Shown here in pieces: positions 36,426 through 46,688 of a stretch of DNA of 64,000 bases. The stretch spans positions 496,001 through 560,000 of the forward strand of contig JAPDFW010000060.1 of assembly GCA_028826165.1 (NCBI GenBank). Reading direction: 5' to 3'. Within the stretch, counting starts at the first letter, position 1. Every line of letters starts with the position of its first letter. The translations under genes were made by a program, and so were the position numbers. A model generated the notes under the pieces. It was not told where the DNA came from and searched no databases. It worked only from the letters and a program-made list of their open reading frames with translations. The stretch is from Anaeramoeba ignava BMAN. Its lineage: Eukaryota; Protista; Anaeramoebae.

Positions 36426-39400
36426 CTATTTTTCTTGTTTTGATTCTATTTTTTGTTTTGTTTTTGTTTTAAAAATTGAAAAATTAAAAATTGAAAATTT
36501 AAATTTTAATTTCAAACCCCATTTTGGAAAAACTCTTTTATAAAGACTCATACAAACTGTATCTTGATTACTTAAAACATCACTAAATAAGCATTTCATT
36601 AAACCATGAGTTCCTAAAAAAATAATTAAAAAATTAAATAAGAATTAAAAAATTTATTAAAAATATTATTTTTAAATAATAAACCTAATGATTCCCTAAT
36701 ATGCCCAGATCTTCCATATTTTGTCCAAAGTTCAACTGGTTTAAAATAAAGAATGTCTTCAGGATTAAAAAACATATAACGAACAACCACACTTTTTTTA
36801 TGAATTTTAAAAGGATTTCCTGTTAAAATATATCTTTTTATAATTAACCGATCAGGATCTGAATCAAAAAAGATACCATTTGCAACAAAAATACCAAAAT
36901 TTTCATCTGAAAAAAAGAGTTTTTGATCATCATCATTATCAATATCATTATCAATATCATTATTATCAATATCATTTTGATTTTCATTTTGATTTTCATT
37001 TTGATTTTCATTTTGATTTTCTTCTTTCATTTTTTCATCATCTTCTTTTTCATCATCATTTTTGGATTTTAAAAACAATAAAACTGGTGGTGAACCATAT
37101 GTTGGTTGTGCATAGACACTTGCAATAATAGCTCTTTCTGACTGAAGAAATCTTTCATATTTATATTTATCTCCAATTTTACTATCTTGAGAAAATATTG
37201 GTTTTGCGACAAAATTACGAAATCCACATCGAAATAAAAGTTCTGTTTTGGATTCAATTGGTTTTGAATATGCTTGATGTTTTTGAATTGAAAAATGAAT
37301 AACACTGATTTTGTTTTCATATTTAAACAACCCACAAATTATTAGTGGTGAAATTTTTGATAATGATTTATATGAATTAGATCCAAAATTTTTAATGTGA
37401 ATTCTGATATAATTTCCAGATGAAACTGTTTGAGATTCTGAATTGTGTTGTTCAATTATAAGCTTTTGGGTTTTTGAAAAATTCTCAAATGAGAAAATGC
37501 GTGAATAATCAGTTGGCAAATTTTCTTTTGGATTCCAAGGTGAATTTGTAAAGGATTTTAAACCACGAAACCTAAAAAATAAATATAAATGAATTGAAAA
37601 AAATGAATTGAAAAAAATGAATTGAAAAAAATAATATTGAAATACTTTTGGAAACGTATTCTTGCTGGTTGTGTAAGTGGAGTATCAATTTCATCAGGAA
37701 ATTCCATGTCTTCTTTAGCTCTTTCTTCCAAAAGAACTGGTTTTTTGGTATTTTGTTCAAATTCAAAGTTTTCATTAATATCAAATGATTCCAAAAGAGA
37801 TTCAAACTCCTCATCTTTGATGTCATTTGATTGGGAATCAAGGAAATCTTGGTTTTCTTTATCAACAGAAGAAGGAACAAATTGCACCGAAAGTTGTTTG
37901 AATTGATTTGAAATATTATCTGTTAAATCAACAATTGGTGCTTCTGCTGATTTGATTTCTTCTTCTGTTGGCCAAGTCTGTTCATTCATCATAAAATCTT
38001 GTTCTTTTTCCGATTCAAGTGATTCTTGAAGTGAAGGGTCTGGAAATAATGTGGATTGAATATCCTCTTGGTTTTGTTTTTCTTGTTGTTTTTCATGGTT
38101 TTTTTGTTTGGATAATAAAGGATCGTTAAAAATCTCAATTTTTTCCATTTGATAATCACCAAAATCAGGAACATGAATTAGTCCATTAACATCCAATGAT
38201 TTTCCTCTCAAATAACCAGAAACTAAAAGTGTTCCAAATTCGTTTGATGAATAATTTTGGAAATCAATATTATCCACAAGCAAATAGGGTCTAATTTCCT
38301 TCCAATTCAAAGACTTAATTTTCATGCTTGAAATTCGCCTTAAAAATGCATCAATTCCACTTTTATTTTGAATCCAATCAATTAAATCCTTAGGATTGTA
38401 TTTTTGATGTTCATCCAGAGAAGAATTTGCAATAAATTGTTCCAACTCAAAATGCTCAATATTTGAGACTTTTACTTCTTGCGCAAAATGCGATTGAATG
38501 TGTTTGATTTGGAAATTTTTTGTTGTTTGTTGATCTTTAGAAGGAAATTTTGAAATGTTTTGAACCACACTGACAAAAGAAGGAAGGCCTTGTGCATGTA
38601 AAGCGCTTATTGAATGATTTCCGAAATTGTCAATTGCTTCACCTCCATCGCAAACAAACACGATTATATCTGATGTTTTTCCTACTTCTAGTATTGATGA
38701 AAGTGTTCTTTTTGCTTCAATGATTGTGAAATTTTGTTTGTATTTGCCTGAATATACTGTCACTGGTGATTCTAAGGTGTTAGTTGTTTCATTGCAATAA
38801 ATTTGTATTAATTCAGATAGTATTTTTGTATTAGCCATATTATCTAATGGGATTAATCCCTTTTATTTGTGAATTAAAAAAAATTATTTATAAAATTATT
38901 TATAAAATTATTTATAAAATTATTTATAAAATTATTTATAAAATTATTTATAAAATTATTTATAAAATTATTTATATAAAATTATTTATAAAATTATTTA
39001 TAAAATTATTTATAAAATTATTTATAAAATTATTTATAAAATTATTTATAAAATTATTTATAAAATTATTTATAAAATTATTTATAAAATTATTTATAAA
39101 ATTATTTATAAAATTATTTATAAAATTATTTATAAAATTATTTATAAAATTAAATATAAAATTATTTATTAAATTATTTATTAAATTATTTATAAAATTA
39201 AATATAAAATTAAATATAAAATTAATTATAAAATTATTTATAAAATTAAATATAAAATTAATTATAAAATTATTTATAAAATTATTTATAAAATTATTTA
39301 TAAAATTATTTATAAAATTAAATATAAAATTATTTATTAAATTACAAGAATTTTTGGAGGTGAACCTAAAACTCCTAATTTCCTTTTTTCTTGTATTGTT

Positions 39401-39606
39401 TTTTCTCTTTGATTTTTTCTTATTTGGTGACGTGCATTTTTTCGAGATTCTTTTGTTTCCTTTATTCTTGTTTGATTTGATTGCGTTATAATATCTTTAT
39501 TCTTTCTTCCTTTATTTTTCTTTTTTATTTCACCTTTTGTTCTAAATCTTGCTTTATTCTTTTTATTAACTTGTTTTAGTTTATTTTTATGGATAACTTT
39601 ACTCAT
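36426..39606 (-). CDS. TSR1: Pre-40S ribosome biogenesis factor TSR1
   Basis: Exons 39606-39346, 38859-37646, 37571-36685, 36613-36426 (possible extra 72-nt intron 36517-36446 gives the same stop). [65 protein letters not shown]. Confidence 0.93.
38875..39340. repeat. Intronic 12-nt tandem repeat (TATAAAATTATT)n
   Basis: Fills TSR1 intron 1. Confidence 0.9.
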
Positions 39607-39607
39607 T

Positions 39608-39655
39608 ATAAAAAATGAAAAAATGAAAAAATGAAAAAATGAAAAAATGAAAAAA
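39608..39655 (-). promoter_or_regulatory. Tandem TCATTTTT x5, candidate initiator-like core promoter of TSR1
   Basis: Sense-strand motif immediately upstream of the ATG; similar tracts precede most genes in the window. Confidence 0.4.
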
Positions 39656-39703
39656 TAATTTGTTTTTTTTATTTAAGAAAAAGAAAAAGAAATAAGAAAA
39701 CAA

Positions 39704-40162
39704 TTATTTTCTTTTATTATGATTTTTTTTAGGAGATTTTTTATGATTTTTTGAATGTGAATGTGTATTTGAATGTTTATGTGACTTTGACTTTGATTTT
39801 GACTTTGATTTTTGTGGATGTCGATGTTGATTTCCTGTGTCATTGTTACTTGTGTTTTGATTTTGAAATTGATTTGGTTGATTTTGAAATTGATTTGGTT
39901 GATTTTGAAATTGATTTGGTTGATTTTGAAATTGATTTGTTTGATTTTGAAATTGATTTTGTTGATTTGGAAATTGATTGTATTCATTTGGAAATTGATT
40001 TTGTTGATTTGGTTGATTTTTTTGTAATGTCATAAGAACTTGTTGTGCTTCTTGTTGAATTACGCTCTGAAATTGATTATATAAATTTATTCTTGCGTTT
40101 GATTCAGGTTGTTTTGGATAATAATTAAAAGATTGATAAGCTAAACTTTGAAAATGAGACAT
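39704..40162 (-). CDS. Hypothetical 152-aa protein, Q/N-rich with (QNQPNQF)n and basic S/H/K tail
   Basis: Single ATG-to-stop ORF with a non-repetitive N-terminus and the same upstream TCATTTT tracts as neighbouring genes; no recognisable domain. Confidence 0.55.
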   Translation of the reverse strand: MSHFQSLAYQSFNYYPKQPESNARINLYNQFQSVIQQEAQQVLMTLQKNQPNQQNQFPNEYNQFPNQQNQFQNQTNQFQNQPNQFQNQPNQFQNQPNQFQNQNTSNNDTGNQHRHPQKSKSKSKSKSHKHSNTHSHSKNHKKSPKKNHNKRK

Positions 40163-40394
40163 TAAAAAATTAAAAAAATGAAAAAAAATGAAAAAAAAAT
40201 TAAAAAAAAAAGGAAAAAAAAAAAGGAAAAAAAAAAATAAAAAAGAATTATTTTTTCTCCTTTTTAAATTATTATTTTTTCTCCTTTTGTTTTTTTTTTA
40301 ATTAAATTATTTTTTTTTTCGATTTTTCATTTTTCATTTTTTTAATTATTTTTTTTAAATTTTTTATTTGCCAAACAAATTTATTTATTCATTT

Positions 40395-43300
40395 ATGGAT
40401 CCAACTTCACTTACTTATTATCTTTCACAACTTGGATATGATCGCAGAGAAATAAGAAAAGCTCTTCGAGAAACAAAATCGACAAATGTTGATGAGATTG
40501 TTATGTATATTAACAACTCCAAATACGATGCGCAAAAGAAAAAAGATGATGAAGAACAAGAAAAGCAAAAACAATTAAAACTTGAAGAAGAAAAAAAGCA
40601 AAAAGAACAACTTGAAAAAGAGAACCAAGAAAAAGAACAAAAAGAAAAAGAAAAAAAAGAACAAGAACAAAAAGAAAGAGAATTAAAAGAACAAAAAAAG
40701 AAAGAAGAAATTGCAAAAAAAAAGTTAGAACGTAAAAAGAAAAAGAAAAAACAATCTTATTCTGATTCTGATGATAATAAGGAATGGAATGATTCTAATT
40801 CTTATGAATATTCTGGAAATGATTTAAGTGGTGATTCTGAGCAAGAAAATGAAAATGAAAATGAAAATGAAACTGTAAATCTATTTCGAATAATTTTTAT
40901 TATAAAATTAAAATTCATTTATAAAATTAAAATTAAAATTAAAATTAAAATTAATATTAAAATTAAAATTAAAATTAAAATTAAAATTAAAATTAAAATT
41001 AAAATTAAAATTAATATTAAAATTAGAATTAAAATTAAAATTAAAATTAAAATTAAAATTAAAATTAAAATTAATATTAATATTAATATTAAAATTAAAA
41101 TTAAAATTAAAATTAATATTAAAATTAATATTAAAATTAAAATTAAAATTAAAATTAATATTAAAATTAAAATTTAAATAAAAATTATAATTAATATTAA
41201 AATAATAGCTAAAACCAGAAGATACAGAAACACCAACACCTTATCCAAATGATTTTGAAAATGATGATGATGGATTAGATGTTTTAATAGCCGAAGAAAA
41301 AAAGAAAATTAAAACAAGTGTTTTAACTGAAGATGAATTAATTAGAAAACAAGAAAAATTAATTTCCAAAGTTTCAGAAATAATTGATAGAAATTATGAA
41401 GAAACACGTTTATTATTAAGAAAAAATCAATGGAATGAAGAAAAATTTCTTTCAAAGTAAAAAAATTGAATTAAAAATTAAAAATTAAAAATTGAATTTA
41501 AATTTAAATTTAAATTTAAATTTGAAAAGATATTTTGCTAATCCACAAACTACATGTCAAGAAGCTGGTATTAAATATACAGGAAAATCTACAAAAAAGA
41601 AAATATCTTCATTTATGTGTGGAATTTGTGGAGAAGATTTTGAAGATAATCCTGATGAAATGTTTGCTTTAGATTGTGGACATGCATTTTGCAAAGATTG
41701 TTGGAGAAATTATTTAAATTTAAAGATTAAAGAAGCACAAGTACATTTAATTCAAAAAATAATTTAATTTAAGAAATAATTTAATTTAAGAAATAATTTA
41801 ATTTAAGAAATAATTTAATTCAAAAAATAATTTAATTCAAAAAATAATTTAATTCAAAAAATAATTTAATTCAAGAAATAATTTAATTTAAATTAATTTA
41901 AAATAATTTAATTTAAGAAATAATTTAATTTGAAATAATTTAAAATAATTTAATTTGAAATAATTTAAAATAATTTAATTTGAAATAATTTAATTCAAAA
42001 AATAATTTAATTTGAAATAATTTAAAATAATTTAATTTGAAATAATTTAATTCAAAAATTAATTCAAAAAATAAATCAATTTAATTTAATTCTAGGTTGG
42101 AGCAATTCCTTGTCCTGGTTTTAGATGTCAAAATAAAGTTAGTAGTGAAGTTATTCGATCAATTGTTACAGAAGGAACATTTAAACAATATATCCGTTTT
42201 CAAGCACATTCATTTGTAGAAGAAAATCCAGATGTAAAATGGTGTCCAGCACCAGGATGTGGAAGAGCTGTTCATCCATCTCAAGTACAATTTCATATGG
42301 TAAAATGTGATTGTGGACATCGTTATTGGTAATATATATAAAAATATATTTGAAATTTTAAAGAAAAAAAAAAGCAAAAAAAATTTTTTAATAAGAGGAT
42401 TTGCTAATCCAAATATTTATTCTGGTTTTTCATCATAAAAAATCTTAATTTAAATTTTTTTCATTTAGTTTTGAATGCCAAGAAGAACCTCATGGTCCTG
42501 CAACTTGTCAACAAGTAGAGGAATGGAAAAAAAGAATAAATGAAGGTAAAAAAGATACAGAAACAGATTCTTGGATGAATGAAAATACTAAACCATGTCC
42601 AAAATGCAAAGTGTTGATTGAAAAAAATGGAGGTTGCAAGTAAATAATTTCAAAATTAAATCAAAATTAAAAATTAAAAATTAAAAATTAAAAATTAAAT
42701 TAATAGTCATATGACTTGCTACAAATGCCACTATGAATTTTGTTGGATTTGCTTAGATCCTTGGGCGGGTCATACTTCTTATTATACATGCCTTGCAAAA
42801 GGAACAGAAATTCTCATTTATAGAAATAATAAAATAGAAATTGAAAAAGTTGAAAATGTAAAAAATGGAGACTTACTTGTTGGAGATGATGAAACAAAAG
42901 GAACAAAAAATCAAAGATTGGTTTCAGATGTTTTTAGTCATTCTGGAAAATTATATCAAATAACTCAATCAAATGCTGATCCTTATTCTGTGAATGAACA
43001 CCATCTTTTATCACTTAGATTAACAAAAAACCCTCAAATTGTTCTTTTGCACAATGAAATATTCACAGAATTTAGCTGGATGATTGAATATTTTGATCCA
43101 AAAACTCATAATAGAAAGTATGTTTTGAATGATGTTTTTGAGAATGAAATTTGCCAAATGAGTCAGGAAAAAATGCAAAAATATTGGAAAAAGCAAGAAT
43201 ATTTTGATTCAGATGGAAGTTTTTTTGAAAAAGAATCAAAAGAATTGGGAATTAAATTGGATGCTAAAATGCTGAGGAAACTTCAAGAATCTTTTTATAT

Positions 43301-45698
43301 TGTTTACAAGGAATTAAAGAGAATGATTTTGAAAGGAAAAACTGCCGTTGCAGGAGATGTAATTGATATAAGTGTTCGTAATTATATTCATAAGAAAACA
43401 AATGAATGGAAAGAATTGCATAAAGGATTTCAAGTGAGTGGCTTTTGTGAAAAGCAAACAATATTGTTTGATCCTTATAGTTTTGCATTTGAATTGGCTT
43501 TATCGAAAGCAACCAACTTTCTTCCTGAAAATGTTGTTTATAACTCACCAGAAATACAAGCAAAGGCATTAGCAGGGTTAATGGATTCAATGGCACAAGA
43601 AGAAGATGGAGAAATTGTTTTCCATTTCTCTGTTTTAGATCCATTGGTTGATGATGTTTGCTTCCTTTGCAAATCATTAGGATTAGTTTCCAAACAAGAA
43701 CACTATTTTGATAAAAACCAAAAATCAAGCAGAATTCAAGTCTCAATTTCAGGAAGAAAATTAAAAGAAATTCCAATCAGAAATTTTGAAATTAAAAATC
43801 TTAAATGCGAAGAAGAGAATCTGCAAGATATCGAAATTGATGAGGTTAAGTATAATGTTATTCACAAAGAAAGCGGAAAGAAAATATTTGCAGGAAAAAA
43901 TCACTTGCTGGATTTGGTGTTTGAACCGAATGAAGCTATAAGATATTTAGTTGGTGTAAAAGACTCACAGAAAAGAATAAGAAAATTACAAGCATTTTCA
44001 GATGAAAAAGAAGTGGAAAAATTTGTGTCGTTAAAACAGAAAATGGAAGGAAATGGAAATTATGATAAGAATAATAACAAAAAGAATTTTCAATTAAAAG
44101 GCGAATCTTTTTATCAGCAAAAATTGGAAGAAAAAGAAGGAAGTTTAGTAGTAATCACTTCGGAAAAGAATTTCCCAAACAATCTTATCAATAAAACCGA
44201 GTTTTCAAGTTATATTGCGATTGAAATACAGGAATATTTGAAACTCTCAACAGAACTCAAATCCACATTGAAGTCTTTTTACTACACAAAACAAAATGGT
44301 TTAAATTGTCAAATCAGAAAAGAAAAACGGGAAGAAATTCAAGTGCAAAAGAGTATAAATGGAGAAGGTAGATATTATGGAATAACAGTCGACGGAGATA
44401 AAAGATTTCTTTTGAAAGATTTCACAGTAACACACAACTGCAATCGGTATGAAAAGGCAAAGGAAAACGAAGCAAAACTAAAGAAAGAACTCAATTACGA
44501 TCGGGAAGATGAAAGGAGATACAATCATCATTTCGACCGTTATCAGAACCACAGTCGGTCTTTGGAATTCGAGAACAGAATGCTTAAAAAGGTGTCACAA
44601 GACTTACAAAGAATGAAACCAAAAGACCCTAACTATCGACGAGTAACAACAATTCGAGACGCACTTGATGTTCTTATAGACAACAGATACTCACTCAAAT
44701 ATTCTTATGTGTTCGGATATTACTGTCCAAGAGGAACGGTTCAGGATTTGTTTCTTTTCATGCAAACAGATCTGGAGAAATCAACAGAAGATCTTTCTCA
44801 TTCGATTGAGCACTTACAAAAAGTAGACACAATTTACTTACAAAACTTAACAAAACTCGCAAGTTCACGAAGATATGCATTACTTGAGATCTTGACTGAT
44901 ATTGATAAGGATGGAAACATGATTTACATCCCTGAACAAAAGAGTACAAATCGAACTCCAAATCAAAGCAGATGGGCAGAGGATGACGAGAAACCGCAAA
45001 TAAAAGAAGAACCAATTGTTGAAGAAATTCAAACAAGAAGAATTTTACCAACACAACCAAGAACAAGAATATCACCAACACAACCAAGAACATCACCAAC
45101 AAGAATATCACCAACACAAACAAGAACATCACCAACACAACCAAGAACAAGAATAACAACAACAACAACAACAAGATCAACAGCAACATCCACAGAATCA
45201 GTCAACCCAGATGCACTTGAACGACAACTTCTGAACAATATCACATCGATATTTTCTCAACAACTTCCTCGAATGGAAAGATTAAGAACACAATTTTCTG
45301 ATAGAAGAAATCCTCCGCCTCCTCCTCAAAACCCACCACCACCACCTCAAAACCCTATAAGACCTCCTCCCAATAATCCTTTCCAATTCCAACAACCCCC
45401 ACCACCACCTCCCCGACAAAACAATCCTCCTCCTCCTCAAAATGTTAGAAATCCTCCTCCACCTCCTCCACCTGATTTCTTTATTCCTGAAGATAATAAC
45501 CAAAATCCTATTGCAAGATTCTTTCTTCAACCCAGATTCTGGGCAATTTTGGCTCAAGACGACCGTTTTTCTCAATATCTTACTGATAATGAATTTACAA
45601 GAAAAGTTGCCACAATAAGAAATAATTTATCAACTTTGGATTCTTTTCTTGATGATCAAAGAATTATTCGTTTACTTGAAACTTTTGTTTGGAATTAA
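40395..45698 (+). CDS. ARIH: Ariadne-family RBR E3 ubiquitin ligase (UBA - acidic - RING1 - IBR - RING2 - Ariadne - Pro-rich - STI1/DP-like), intein-containing precursor
   Basis: Exons 40395-40874, 41209-41456, 41530-41740, 42096-42328, 42469-42639, 42707-45698. RING1 CGIC..CGHAFCKDCW..CPGFRC; IBR WCPAPGC..CDCGHRYCFEC..HGPATC; RING2 [37 protein letters not shown](intein)-CNRY; Ariadne RYNHHFDRYQNH..LKYSYVFGYY. Confidence 0.93.
42789..44438 (+). mobile_element. Intein, 550 aa, class-1 (Cys1...His-Asn / Cys+1), with degenerate LAGLIDADG homing endonuclease
   Basis: Block A CLAKGTEILIY; block B YSVNEHHLL; EN remnants DPYSFAFELA, LAGLMDS, LVDDVCFLCKSLG; blocks F/G YYGITVDGDKRFLLKDFTVTHN followed by C. 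Removal restores the Ariadne motif [10 protein letters not shown]. Confidence 0.95.
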
Positions 45699-45811
45699 TT
45701 TGGAATCTTTTTCTTTTTCTTTTTTTCTTTATCTTCTTTATCTTCTTTTATCTTTTTTTCAAATTAAAATCCAAAACGGAATCCAAAACGGAAAAAATTT
45801 TTTTTTTTTAC

Positions 45812-46415
45812 CTTTTATATTGAAAGATTTTGGTTGATTTTTTCTTCAATTTTTTTAGATAATTCAATCAATTTATTTCTTTCTCTTTTTTCTTCTTCTT
45901 CCTTTTTTTTCTTTTTAATCAAATTTTCATTTTTTAATTCTTCAATTTTTTTTCTGTAATTTTTCCTTTTCTTTTTTAAACAAAATTAGAGATTCATTTT
46001 CTTCTTTTTCCATATTTTCAATTTCTTGTTTAATTTTTTCCATTTCAATTTTTATTTGAGGAATTTCTTTTTTTTGGATTTGAAGAGAATTTTTTTGCAT
46101 TTTGAGAATTTTTGAATTTGAAAAAATTTTTTCATTTTGATTATTTTGGAATTTTGATAAATTTTTTTCTGATTCTGAAAATTGAAATTGAAATTCTTTT
46201 TTAAGATAAATTAAGTTGTTTAATAATTGATTTTTCTTTCTTCTCATTTTTTGGATCAATTGTTGATTTGTTTTATATTTTTTAATCTCCATTTCTAATT
46301 GATTTAAATTTTGATTAAATTGGTTTAAAATTCTATTTTCTTTTAAACAACAAAAATTGAATAAATTGGAATTTGTTTGATTTTCTTTTTCATTCCAAAT
46401 TGTTTGATTTGACAT
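45812..46415 (-). CDS. Hypothetical coiled-coil protein, likely extends past 45942 via a poly-A frameshift; 3' end uncertain
   Basis: 157-aa K/E/Q-rich ORF. Removing one A near 45950 continues it as IEELKNENLIKKKKKEEEEKRERNKLIELSKK up to a GT donor at 45811. Confidence 0.5.
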
Positions 46416-46688
46416 TTATTTTTGATTTTATGAATTAATGTAACAAAAAAAAAAAATAAAAATGATTTAATAAATTAAATGTTTTTTTTTGCTTTGTTTT
46501 TTTTTCTGAGAATTGACATTTACATTTTATTTTAAAAAGCAAAAAAAAAAAAGAGAACAAAAAGTGGAATGAAGAAAAAAAAATTTTTTAAATTTCTTAG
46601 TTGGAAAAATAAAGAGATGAATCATTTTTTTTTTCATTTTTTTCATTTTTTTCATTTTTTAAAAAAAGAAAAAAAAAATAAATATAAA

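Noticed and set aside
42789-44438. Insertion as a spliceosomal or group I intron, or a Hedgehog-type Hint domain
   Set aside because: Open in frame, lacks GT-AG ends, and has complete intein termini (C1, HN, C+1) with EN remnants inside a conserved host motif.
43264-45575. Antisense ORFs over the Ariadne gene (also those over the AAA, ACSL, TSR1 and NEF1-like genes)
   Set aside because: Shadow frames of well-supported coding sequence with no independent motifs.
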